This document shows, one piece after another, positions 26,258-41,832 of a stretch of 64,000 nt of DNA (position 1 is its first letter; every line of letters begins with the position of its first letter). The position numbers and the translations under genes are program-made. The stretch is from NCBI RefSeq assembly GCF_009914755.1, contig NC_060938.1; one strand, 5' to 3'. The stretch is from the human T2T-CHM13v2.0 reference genome, Homo sapiens. The notes beneath the pieces are model-generated. The model ran no database searches and had not been told where the DNA came from. It saw nothing but the letters and a program-made list of their open reading frames with translations.

Positions 26258-29200
26258 CCTAAAACTTTAGTTTTACTTGAACTGACTTTATATTAATTTT
26301 CTACTACTAGAACAAGTCACTGCCCCCCAGAGTTTGAAGAAATGTGAATATTAACTAGGGCTTATCTGAATGAGAACAACAGCATTGCTCTTTTCGTAGT
26401 GTTGTAATAAATATCATCTTAGACTTATACGGCATTTTCTTTAGGGCATTAATAGAGTTTATATAACCTATTGTTCATTTACTTGATAGCTCATTGAGAC
26501 AGTTTAGGTATTGATGCTATATTCACCATCTATAAAATGGGAAGAATAAAAATATTAAGTTCAACTTAAATGGGTTACAAGAAAGAATACAGACATTTGT
26601 ATGATCTATGTCTCCAAGATACTGCCTAGAGCTTTTAAACTTTGTAAGTTCTGCATTTCACCTACCCAAGGGAGTCTGAGAGTGTGTAATTTGGGCCAGG
26701 GCACAACAGCCCTTGGCCAGGTTGAAGTGGACAAACAAATGGAATTGGTTCCAGTTTACCAACCTGGCACGAATTATGTGCTGGTCAAGGAAGTGTTTTT
26801 CAAATCATGGGGAGCCACTAGTGAAAATCTACTGGTGCTTTGATGGTGGCCTTTGGAGATACTTTTATAATTTGAAACCATTCCCATGGCAGGCCAGGGA
26901 GAGGTCTTACTTTAGCCAACATGCAACATTAGGTAGAAGAAATGGGGCCTTTCTGACTGGTTTGACCTGTGGGTGGGCCCTCTTCCACATGTTTCTAATT
27001 AGGATGCAAGAAAGAGTAGATATTCTGTGGCGACTCTCCTTTCCTTCTCGGCTGTGAGACAGAACAACAGCGCCTTTGTGATGACCTTTACAGGGCTGTT
27101 TACATTTGGTGACCTGCCTGAACACTCCCGCCAGAGTGGACGCACCTCTTGGCTAATGAGGAACAGCCATGCTGTCTTTTACTATGGTAGACCTTGGAGG
27201 TTAAAATGAAAAATAAGAGGATCCTCTGTTGATGACTAGTCGAAGTTAATTTTCTTTACAGATTTATTGAGGTATAATTTACATACTATAAAATTCACCC
27301 ATTGTAAGTATACAATTCAATGATTTTTAGTATAATAAATTTATAAAGTCTTGTCATCATATAATCCAGTCTTAGAACTTCGTTGGAGTTATTTTGAAAA
27401 CACCAAATAATGATCATAATTGGAATGTAGATCATGCTGAAGTGAAACAGAAATTTATGAGGCTATCTTGGGTTAAGGAAGAGGGCCACCCAGGAAACTA
27501 TTTGAGACAATTAAGTCTCAAGCTTCTCAAAATACATGAAACCTTGAGATTAGCACTTATATTTCAGAACATTTTCCATATTTTTGCTTACCAAATGGTA
27601 TGACCTACTTGAAAAAAAATGAGAAGCTGCTGCAGAACCTGCCTCAGGTGTCAGCATCAATTAATGTTTCATGGTTATAATGAGAAGGAGCAGAAGATGA
27701 GAGTCTAAGCTCCCCTTAAAGGGCTTATAGTTCACTTTGAACATCTCATCACATATTTATTTACGTGCCCTCTCATTTTCAAGTACTGTGTTAGGTACTG
27801 CAGACACATGGATAGTGAGACAATGTCTCTACCCTTAAGAACTAGTAGTCCAGTGGTTTCTGTTAAATTTCAGTATGATGTCATAAATTCTGTGGTAAAG
27901 TGCCGTGTGATGTCAGGAAGGTCATCAGTAAAGACTTTCTAGAGTTGATGTTACTAAGAAATCAATGACATGGTTAATAAGCTCACTAGTCCTGCTGACA
28001 CTGAGTCCCTACCCTCGGCTCCATTTGGATGAGGCTCTGTGAGATCCAGTCCCTGCCTTGGGGGCTTTGTCATTCATGAGAGAAACAAGTCCATCACTCC
28101 TTCCAGTTAGATATCTGTGAAAAGGTGGAAAAAGCAAAGAACACTTGGAATTTGGGAGAGAAAGAGAGACCATTTAAGGGAAGAATTGCATTTGAGTTGA
28201 ATTTTGAAAAAATTGAGATAGGCTTTTGCCCGGCATGGGTAAAAGTGGGAAACAGTCCAGAAGAAAGATGTGAGCAAAGGCTCAGGGACAGGAGAACTTG
28301 GGATGTGTTCTGAGAACAGTGAGTAATCCAAAATGGATTGATACATATATCACATAGTATAGCTATTTCTATATACTTATGTCAGAAACAAGGGAATTAA
28401 GGGAATCACAAGGCTCTGCTTTGCCTGTATCAAGGAAGGCTTCCTAGAGAAGCCATTAATTTCACTCTGTCTGTTATGCATGCTTTACACCAAGGTGATG
28501 TGATTAGTTTTCTTCTTTGGTTTCTTCTTTCTGAATTCATCAGGTGGTCACACCCACTGGGCCACAGAAAGCACCAGTGGATTTTCACTAGTGATTCCTG
28601 TGATTAAAAAACGTTTTTGACCAGCACGTAATTTGTGCCAGATTTGTAAGCTAGAGTGAATTCTATTTTTGTCCAGTTCAACCTGGCCATAGGCTGCTGT
28701 AACCTGGCCCAAGAGCTTAATGTAATACTTTCAAGAAGATTAAAAATCCAACAATCCCTTGAAACATTGGTTGCTAACCTTTGAAAGAGTAGTCACTGCA
28801 CCTGAGTAGCCTTAGGAAATGAATAGGAGGTCTGAGAAAAAGAAAAAAAAGAAGAGTGGTACCATTTGCTTAAAATCCCTAGGGCCTTATAGGGTAAACC
28901 TATTTCTAAATTTAAGTTGCTAAGACCTTGAACCTGGGGTTGTTTGGGGATATTTTGGAAAGTAAGGAATATTATTGACTTTCCATCAGGAAGGAAAGAA
29001 CTCAGTTGTTTTTGATATTACTAAGAAAGAGAGAGTTTTGCATTTATTTGTTTGCATGGACGGTCTACCTACCGTGTGGCCTTGTTCATGACATGGCGGA
29101 CCTCCCTCTCTGGGGTCAGTGTGAATAGCCAGGCTGCAGCTGTAGCTAGAGACAATGGCCAGCACTGTTGGGCCTTGCCCCTTAAGCCCCGAAGGTTAAT

Positions 29201-29663
29201 TTCCTAGTATTTAGTGGCATTGAACCCGCCAAAGAAAATGCTGTTTCATCTGGGGGAAGATAATTTCTGCATGTGTATTTTTTTCATGAAGAATAAAGAA
29301 GAGATATTTTTGGAAGAACATAACTTAACCTGTTGGCCTTGGCTAGGAAAGCTAAAAAAGCAAGGGGTCAGTACTCTTACAAGTATCATGTCTTAAACGT
29401 CAGCCAACCAGTAATTATTTAGATGCCATCAGAGGGGAAGTCCCATCCCATTGTTATTTTTTCTCTAGACTGTGAGATGCTTTAAAAAAACCTCTCTGTA
29501 GGGAAATGATCTTTAAAAAACAAACAAACAAAAAGCCTGAGAATTTAGTGCTGCATTTGTTGAGAAGTAAGGGCCCTGGAAACGGAGGAGTTTTTGTTGT
29601 TGTTGTTTTGGTGACTGCTTTGCCACTCTGCATGTTACAAAGGGCAAATTCTTGGCCACTGTT

Positions 29664-29841
29664 TAGGGTTCCCAAAAAATTCCAAGATGTCCAGTTAAAT
29701 TAGAATTTTAGATAAACAACAATTTTTGTATGAGTACATCTAAAATATTGTACTGGGACCTACTCATACTTCAAAATTATTCATTGTTTACCTGAAATTT
29801 AAATTTAACTGAGCCTTGTATTTCTTTTTGCCAAATCTGCA
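29664..29841. mobile_element. MER53 palindromic hAT MITE
   Basis: agggtt...ccagttaaattagaattttagataaacaac...gtttacctgaaatttaaatttaactg matches recalled MER53; self-complementary. Confidence 0.8.
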
Positions 29842-30267
29842 GTGCTTTGTTACTTCAATAAAAAAACTGTCCAAGGAGCCTGGGAGCTTTTATGATTATT
29901 GAAAATCACTGTCAATTTTAAACCTAAACAAAACAATAGATAAAGCTTTGAAAATAGAATCAAGTCCAGTCATACCAAGTGAAAGGAGTCCTTTCTCATT
30001 TTTTTATCTTCTTGTAGCCAGCTCTGGAGATCCAATTCTATTGGGAATGGCTCACCTAGGTCTACTGTAGCTCAGAGTTATACCTTGTAGATCACCTGGA
30101 TGCTTCTGTGTTCCAGCTTTAACTCAGAGGATCAGGTCAGAATGGAGGCTCCCTTTGAAATCTAAAGTGCTTAGCTTCTTTAGGGTAGCTCCACACCCTT
30201 TTTAATTCTTCTGTAAAATGTCTATCTAGCCTAGAGAAGTGGAGTCTCACTAGACATGGTTCTGAGA

Positions 30268-30520
30268 ATAATAGCTATCATTTACTGAGTGCCTAATATG
30301 TGCCAGTGCCTTACCTGCATTACCTGCCTGAGTTCATACTGCCTTCTAACAACCCTATGAGACAGATACTGTTATCTCCATTTTACAGATGAGGAAATAA
30401 AGACCCAGAGAGGTTTAGTAACTTTCTGCAGGTCACAGAGCCATTGAAAGGCAGAAGTGGGATAAGCATTCAAATCAATCTGACTCCAAAACCCCTTCAG
30501 TAACCATTGTACTACTGCAT
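30268..30520 (-). mobile_element. MIR
   Basis: aacaaccctatgagacagatactgttatctccattttacagatgaggaaa core. Confidence 0.85.
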
Positions 30521-32194
30521 GTGATGCCCTTAGATTCTCCACTTTTCCTCTCCCTCCCCAAGCCCCCAGTTTGGCTTGATATTGGAATCATCCCTTTCTC
30601 TCCTTGTTCTTTACTGGCTGGAATTAATAGAGTACTTTCGGTCTGAAACTGGCCTTAAAGAATCTTTGTCCGTGTGTATCACACTGCAATGCAATAGACG
30701 CAGAAATCTGGGCACTAGAAGATGTTAACTTTGGATGCCTCCTGTTTTATATGCATATGATTAAACCAATGGGGAAAGAAAGCCCTGAAACTTTATTACA
30801 ACATTTTTGTAGTATTAAATTTGACATATTAAAATGTGTTATCATTTTAATATCTTTAAAGAGCCTGAGGAGACTCTCAAGCCTTAGACTGTAAATAGCT
30901 AACAGCTTTGAGATGAGCTTACATAGGAGTCAAATGATTGTTCCAAGATGGCTGTTCTAATTCTGCAGAGCTACCGTAGTATTCAGCCTACTGCCTGCCA
31001 AAGGCAAGGGGCCTTGCCCCTCTCTTCCTCCTCCCTGCTTTCCTCTTTGTTAAGAAGTAACAAAAATATACTGCCCAACACCCACTTTCTTTTAGAACCA
31101 ACACATATTCCTTCTGGCTCACTCCCTCTATAAAATGATTTGTCAGCATTTTGATCTCATTAAATAAAAAGTTTTACTTGGTCAAACTGGGAAAGTTTAT
31201 GAAGTTAGCCCTTCCATCCCATCATCTGCTGTGGCCACAGTTGTTGACTGTGAAATAGCTCTGTGGGTGTGGTCTACCAAGTATCCCAATAGCATTTCTT
31301 ACACTGTGGGCTATGGACCCAAAGGTCTGGAAGAGTTGTTTTCATAGGGTCACACTAGAACACTGGCTCTTTCTGGTTAAAAGCTTCCCTAGCCTTTCTC
31401 CTCCAACTCTTAACACATCTCTCATGTTTCTTTCCCCCCTGCAGAAGTATAGAAACCTCCTCTTTTCTTTTCCTCTGCACTCTCCTCATCTGTCTCCAAG
31501 TCCCCATTGTGCCATGTTTCTCCTACTTCCTGTTTCCTTTAACCACTAACTTCTCACGATTTTTAAAATCAAGCCTATCCAATTCTAAAAGGAAATTGAA
31601 ACCCTGCCCACCAAAAAAGTAAAACTAGGGGGAAAAAGCCATAGTAGGAGGTATAATGTTATGATCTTCTCTCTTAGCCCTACACATCTGTAAAAAGTAA
31701 TCTTGCTCCGTACTGCAAGACTAGGGCAGCCCAGTCGCCCACTCCCCTTTTATTCTCCCTCCTCACATTCCCCTGTCCTTTTCTAACCCACCTTCCCACT
31801 TAGGGTCTAATTTAGCCAATTTATACACTCGCCAAGCTTGCAAAGGTTTTGGTTCTCTCCTTTTGGGTGTGGAATGCTGGTGCCACAGGGGCTTTCAGAA
31901 ACAATTTAGTAAGTGATAGACTTGGAAGAGTTCAAAAGCAGCTCTGGGAAGACATCACTGATGAGTCTCTGCTCTTAGCATTTTGTTGCCTCTTAGAGGC
32001 TTAGCAAATAGCAGCATTTGATCCATAATCTGCTCTTTCTTGGTACCCAGAGAGGCAGCACAAGGGTAGACCTTGAGCAAGTTACTTAAACTCTGAGCTT
32101 CTGTTGCCCTTTCTGTAAAAAAAGGCAAAATAATCATTCTGACCTCACATTGTTGCTATGAGGATTCAGTTAGTTAATTTTTAAATTTTTTAAA

Positions 32195-32517
32195 ATTAAT
32201 GTGTTTATTTTTTTGAGACAGGGTCTTGCTCTGTCATCCCTGCTGGAGTACAGTGCTGCGATCATGGCTCACTGCAGCCTCAATTTCCCAGGCCCCAATT
32301 ATCCTCCCACTTCAGCCTCCTGAGTAGCTGGGACCACAGCTACTCCCACTTCAGCCTCCTGAGTAGCTGGGACCACACCTGGCTAATTTTTGTATTTTTG
32401 GTAGAGGTGGAGTTTCACCATGTTGCCCAGGCTGGTCTCAAACTCCTGAGCTCAGGGGATCTACCTGCCTCAGCCTCCAAAAGTGCTGGGATTACAGCCA
32501 TAGCCACTGCGCCCAAC
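32195..32517 (-). mobile_element. AluJ with internal 35-bp duplication, inside a MIR (about 32060-32590)
   Basis: Antisense AluJ; MIR sequence resumes on both sides. Confidence 0.9.
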
Positions 32518-33900
32518 ACAATGACTTAATATTTATAATACACTTAGAACAGTGCTTAGCATGTAGTAAGCACTAGATTAAATAAATGTATAAAATGAAG
32601 GAAGAAATAATAATAGTGTTTTTCTTTTAATTCATGCATGAAGAACTATGTTCGACTTCTGTATGGTATCTTGAAGGGGTCCAAAATAAATCTGACTGGC
32701 AGTTTGAAGGCCTATAAGAGAGCATATTACATAATTTCACTCAAGGATTTTGACAATTAGTCCAGCTTGATGGATCTCTTCTCACCTGTATTTTGGCCAA
32801 ACTGACCAATTATTTCCCATTCCAACTGCCATCCAAATTTCCTTCCCCATCCCTTCCACATGTTTCAGTTGCTTTTGCTGCCTTTGCTTCATATTGACTG
32901 TCAGGATGTATGGCCCTGTAATACTAGGTTTTTATTTAAAAAGCCTTTCTCTCATTCATAAGCTTCTTTTGAGGAGTGAGGCCTGCATTTCTGATGGTTG
33001 TGTATCATTCCCATGCCTTGTGCATAAGTGGTACTCTATCCATGTGTTTTGATTGGCTGATTTGAGCTTTTGCAGATTAGGAAATAGTTGGCCTAGAGCT
33101 AAGTGGCACCTGAGAGAATCTTCCCCTCCAGGCCTCACAGATGCACTCTGTGGAAAGGCCATTGTCTCCTTGCTTTGTGTTGGACTATTAGGAACCTAAA
33201 AGCTAGGACAGGCCTGGGTAGAGATAGCCACCTTTAAGTTAGGGGAATGTTGGGGAGTCTACTGGGATTTGACTGTGAGGTGAAAGGAGGGCTGCCTACA
33301 AGCAGAAAGCTTAAGGCATTGGCTTTGTGTAATTACCAGGAATGCTTTTAGCTAGCACCTTGAACGGTTGGTTAAAAAGGGACAGTTAGATGTTTGTTAG
33401 ATGTGTGGTGTTAATAACCTTGACCAGTAGATTCGTGACTATGAGAATTTCAAAAGGCGAAGCAAGAACACACACAGAGGGAAAACATCTCTTGTTTCTA
33501 GGGGCAGCCTTCCCAGCAGCACTCAGCCCAGAGCTGTTTTTCCCCCAAGGAGAACACAGGGACAAAATAAATATGCCTTCCTGACCCAAAGACAGGAGCG
33601 CCCAGGGAGACCATGGGATCTGGGAGTGAGAGCAGATTGTAGGGAGGAAGTATCCAGGATGAGACTGGTATTAGCTACAGGCTGGACAGTTAGTCGGTGG
33701 CAGCTAGGTACTGCTGCTAGTGGCTGAGGGCAGGGTTTCTTAGAGACCTGAAGATGTGAGCATTCATTTATTTGTTCCTTCATCATTCAGCAAACCTTTA
33801 CTCAGTGCTTATTATGTACTGGATACTGGGCTGAGCCCCCACTTGTGACCTCACTGGGCATTGAGTCTGAGGCCTTGGCAGCTAAGGGTGGTGTTCCTTA

Positions 33901-34326
<426 letters not shown>

Positions 34327-35489
34327 TCAAGCTTCACCTTCAAGCATGATATTCAGATTCCATGAGAGCATGCAGAAAGAGCCCAGCGGACCTGTTGAAC
34401 AGGGCATACCATTGTGAGTCCTTAGAAGCTAAAAGACAGCCAAGAACAGTAGGAAAGAAGCTGAGAATAAAAGCTAAGACAGGTACCTCCAATCTCTAAA
34501 AAGTTAAACCTCTTAGAGGATTATAAATAAAGCCACACTCACAGGTGTACATGCTATAATTTATTTTATAAGTGCCTGGCATATTAATAAATGGTATGTA
34601 GTTTACTTACAGAGCTGTTTGGGTGGTTCTCAAGTAATCTCTTGTTTTACATTCTAAAGTCCACGCAGTGTTAGAATGGACCATTTGAGCCCAAGTAGAT
34701 TCAACAAACCATCTATACCCAACCCGCACATCTGGGCAGGGATGACACTTGATGAGCCATCCAGGCCTCATCTCATAGACTCTATTCATCCCCTGCTGTC
34801 ATGGGCACCAAAACATTTTATAGTAAATTGCACAGTAGTTTGTCTTTCCCAATAAACTGTATGCTTCTTGAGGGTAGGTACCCTATCTCTTTATCTCTGA
34901 CACCTGGCACACAGCCCAGCACATGACAAGATCAAGAACCAGGACTGGCCGGGGCTCAGTCTGCACGTGCTCTGGCTTTCAAGTGGCATCTTCTAATGAT
35001 CTGAAAGACCTCTCTAGAACTTTTTTCCTTTTATGTTATGTAAATAATATACTTAAGATAGAAACTTTTGTGTTTCATGTTGTATATTAATGTTGAATAT
35101 AAAGTTTTTTTCTAGAGTGTGACTATTTTTTCACCTAGTTCCTTCAAATTTTCATCCCTACCATTAGTTTTTCAAAGTCTCTGGATTCCTGTTGAAGTAT
35201 CCTTTTCTCTGGAGGTTTATATCACCTCCTAGGCTGCTTTTGACTTATCTACTCATGCTTTACTTCGGTAGTGCTGATGCTCACCCCCAGTTATTCCTCA
35301 CCTGTACCATGTGGTATTATTAATGCAAATGAGGCTTTACCCGGCTATCCCCTCCCCTAGCATTTATGCATTCTTCAGGGAAAACTCTGTTGTATATGTC
35401 TCTGAGTCTCCCACAGCAACTAACACAGTGCCTTACACTCCATTAGCTCCTCAACGAGTATGTTTTAATAAATTCCATTAGTGGAGTGA

Positions 35490-35750
35490 GGTAGTTAGGA
35501 GCAGGTATGAGCTCAGGCCTTTGAGTGGGACAACCTGGGTCTAATGCTGCCTCCTTCACTAACTACTTTTATGATCTTGAGCAGTCTGCTAATCCTCCTT
35601 GTGTCCAACTTCTTAATGTTTAAAATGAGGATAATAGTAGTACCTACCTAATAAGGATTAAGTGAGTTAAGATATGTTTTTGAGGGTTAAATGCATTAAA
35701 ATATGTAAAACACTTAGCACAATGCCTGGCCTGTAGTGAGAGCTATCATT
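35490..35750 (+). mobile_element. MIR
   Basis: taaaatgaggataatagtagtacctacct...aaaacacttagcacaatgcctggc. Confidence 0.8.
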
Positions 35751-36035
35751 ATCAACAACCACCATCATAGGTACCCATTATCAGAAGTTGGGGGTTTGGA
35801 TAAAGAAATTAAGTTTCTCTAGGTTATATTTTTGTGAAGTCTGAACTGGAATGAACTTCTTCAGATTCCTCATAGAGTACTTCATGCCCCGCCCTTTTAT
35901 TGCACAGGGACTATATCTGCTTCAGTATGATGTAGAACATCTTGATTAAGAGTATTTTTTTATCTTTCGTCCTTGACTTATCTTTTGGTGTGTAGGTATA
36001 TTGTTTCATCACATTCTCATTTTTTTTTTTTTTAA

Positions 36036-36149
36036 AAAGAGTTGTTCCATTTCCCCTTTTTCTGTCTACTGCTTTCTCCTTCTACGCTTAGGCCAAGAGT
36101 ATATTACACTTGGAGGCATCTAGTTAGCGTGGTGCTTCCCAAACCTTTC
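36036..36149 (+). repeat. 114-bp direct repeat, copy 1
   Basis: 111/114 identical to 37845-37958; both copies preceded by poly(T). Confidence 0.97.
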
Positions 36150-36458
36150 CAGGACCCAAAATAGGCTAAATACCACACCAAGGGAGACATCGATGATGTT
36201 CTATTAAGAACAGTGAAAGGGAACCCAGGCATAAATATACACTCAGTATACACAACTGTCACCACCCATAGCACTGACCATCCTATTGTACCTTAGAACT
36301 TAACACTGTAATTTATCTGAGTGTTTTTTAATGGCTCTCTACTAAGTGTCAAGCTCTGTGCTAGGTCTGGGGAATGGAAAAATGGTAAGACATGGTTCTT
36401 GCTGTTGAGGTGCTTAGTTGTAACAATTTATTTTCATCTTTTATTAAATACTAATTGA

Positions 36459-36803
<345 letters not shown>

Positions 36804-37193
36804 TAAAACATGTTTCCCCAAGTAAACTTACTGTGTGTTTAGTACCATCCTGGACCCTCTTACTCACAGTGCTATTTGCCCCACTACTACCCAGTAAAAA
36901 GAAAGGGTGACAGGTTGTAAGGACATGTAGGGGTTTGAGGAAAGTTGGGCTTGTGTCAATGTAATAAAAGCCAAGTAGTTCTTCTTCCAGCCCAGTCTGT
37001 ATCTATGACTAGATCATGAACAGAGAACTAAAGGCTTTTGATTATAAACCTCCTTATGCCTAGGCTTGGCCCACACTCAACTCTAATACAAATAGTAGTA
37101 AATGTTAGGAGTAGACATAAAATGAGCACAGGTTGCCACTAGAACTTTTTCTATAACCTAATTACATTTTTTTCAACCTAAAATATTACATAT

Positions 37194-37564
37194 TGTGTCA
37201 GCCAGGATGCCATCAGGAAAGAGATGGTGCACTTTAGTATTCCGAGGCTAATTACAGTGGGGCTCCATTAGTGCCCCTAGATTGAGAAGGTGAGGGAACA
37301 GGCTGGTTTCTGGAAGCAAGGAGATAGAGGGGGCTGTGTGGAAAAGACTGCCTAGCAGGATCTGAGACCTTCCATCAAGAGGCACAGCCAGTCCATAGCC
37401 CAACATCACTCTGCTCCTTCAAATCTCCTACCGGTGCACCCCAGTGGCCCAACCCAGGAGAGTCCTGTTGATGTGACACACACAGGCCAGGTCCCAGGGC
37501 AGAGAGCAGGTGAAGAATGATTGTGAGTAAATCTAGAGGGGCACACAGGAAGATATCCAGCAAA
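37194..37564 (-). mobile_element. LTR33-like ERVL LTR
   Basis: Minus strand begins ..gctggatatcttcctgtgtgcccctctagatttactc, resembling the recalled LTR33 start. Confidence 0.6.
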
Positions 37565-37844
37565 CATGTTTCACACTTGATTTTAGAGGTAAGGGTGTGT
37601 ATCTTAATTTTATCTGTTTTAGAAAACTAAAATTTTAATAGATTTAAAGTATTTCTGCCATAGTTCTTAAACTATCAATCTGATGATGTCAGATATTTTT
37701 CTCAGTGTCATTAGTTTGACCTCCCGCCACATTTTTTTGGTGGAGAGGGGTGAGGGATTGTGTATAAATTTCCTCCAGAGCACACAGAGAATAAAAATGC
37801 TATTCTTCAGTTTGTTTTTTTTTTGTTGTTTTTTTTTTTTTAAC

Positions 37845-37958
37845 AAAGAGTTGTTCCATTTCCCCTTTTTCTGTCTACTGCTTTCTCCTTCTACGCTTAG
37901 GCCAAGAGTATATTACGCTTGGAGGCATCTAGCTAGTGTGGTGCTTCCCAAACCTTTC
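37845..37958 (+). repeat. 114-bp direct repeat, copy 2
   Basis: See copy 1. Confidence 0.97.
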
Positions 37959-38999
37959 TCAGCCAAAGACTCCTCTGGGAATCCAACTAAATTTCCTGGT
38001 TCCCTTTTGCTTTTAATATCAATGACCATATTACCCAATGAGGTTATTTTTATTTCTTACAAATATTTTTATAATTAACTTAAGATTCAACAAGGAGCCA
38101 AAGGTAAACAGACTGTAATTATTTCAAGTTCTAACCATTATGAGTAGATATTAATCTTCGAGAAGGTATTATTAAAAAAAAGTATATAATATTCATAAAT
38201 TAAAGTCAACTTATAAGTACAAAGGAATATCTGTGACTATAAAAGGAAAAATAAACTGGAATTTAAAATTTAATCACTGTGCCTTAGTAAACACGATCCT
38301 GGTACATTTCAGCACAGTATTTGTGTTTCAGAATAGGATTTTGTCTTCTAGTTATTCACTAATACGTATTTATTTTACTATCATTCAGCAAGAAACCCTT
38401 TAAATCACTGTCAAAAGGTAGGTGATTTACTGGAACAGCTAACCTACCTCTGCCTAGAGTCCCATAGGCACTCACTTCCCTATGGAACCCTCTGTCCCTT
38501 CTTCCCTTCCTATATACCTCAGGTACCTTTATGCAGCCTTGTTCTATTGCCACTCTGCCTGTTTTACTAAGCTGCCCTAAAGTCACTGCAAAATTTTGAT
38601 CAGAACATTACTGAACCAGGACACAAAGAAATGCTCATTACAGGCTTTAAATATATGCTTTTTCTTAGATCTATGGGAACAATTTCTCTAATTCTTAGGT
38701 TTTGCTCCCTGAAATTACACAGAAAGTACTGTATCTTCTTAACCCTTTCTCCACCCCTCCTTTCATTTCAACCCAACAAACTTTTCTCCTGTGCATTGCT
38801 AGGCAGTGCTTCCATTGTCCTTAAGTGTTTAAGGTCTTGTGCTGGTAATGAGCCAGTAGTCACAAAGCTAGCCAGTGGATTTGTTCTTCAAGCCTTTAGT
38901 GATTCCATACTCCATATAATGGACTATACCATTTGTGGATTCCTTGACAGCCATGAGGAGACACTGAGGGAGCTATGAATAGAAGAACCCTGTGTTCTC

Positions 39000-39815
<816 letters not shown>

Positions 39816-40145
39816 AGCACATCTGAGAATTCAACAACTTCTGGGATCCACAGCCCCATGGAGGCTACAAGCTACTAAAAAGATAGGAATGTCAGCTTCA
39901 GCTAAGAATTCCAGAAATCTACAGAAGGTACCTTTCCTTTTCTTTGGTTCCAGAGAGCATGATAATATACATACAGAATTCTGGAAACTTGGGACCAATA
40001 ATAGGGTGTATTACCAACTGTGTGTGGTATCTGTAATTAAATATTGCTAAAACCCTGTAGAGGCTGGTTTTTACCTTTAAAAAGATCATCTTAAATAATC
40101 TGAGGATTTTTATTTTAAATAAGTTAATGTTAAAAATATTTTTTG

Positions 40146-40950
<805 letters not shown>

Positions 40951-41527
40951 GATTACCAGATTGAGGATGTACTTATCAAAAGAGTGTGGAACCACTTGCT
41001 GTATGTCTTAAAAGGTAAGATGAGGAAACACTGGCTGGTTTGCCTTAGGTGTCATTCTGCCCAGGAGTTACTTCCAACATTCATAACATGCCTTTGAAGA
41101 AGCAAATATTGTATATAGACAAACAGCATATCAGAAAAAAATCAAAACAAAAACAAAGGAATACTAGCATTAAAGTAATAATAAAATATAGGATTTTTAT
41201 TTTCTACTCTTTCAGTATAGCCATTAGCAATTCACAGTTAGTTTCTTCATTAACTAGATAAGATAAGTGAGGCAAATCATGGGACAGTTTAGTATTGGTG
41301 ACAGTGTGTTTGGAGGGGTAGAATTAAGTGTTCCATATGGAATCAGGAGCATTTAATGTCAGCTCTAGTATGTATGTGGCATATTTCCTACTGCAACTTA
41401 ATTGGCATAATTTTGGATCCAGAGAATACAAACCAAGACTCAGAAAACTATATTTTACTTTTAAAATATAGTTTTAAAAACAATTCTAGGTTTATACATG
41501 GAAAAGCTATTCTAAAGAACAATAGCT

Positions 41528-41832
<305 letters not shown>

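Noticed and set aside
36036-36149. Duplicated 114-mer as a snoRNA or other ncRNA retrocopy
   Set aside because: No C/D boxes, no convincing H/ACA two-hairpin layout and no similarity to small RNAs I recognise.
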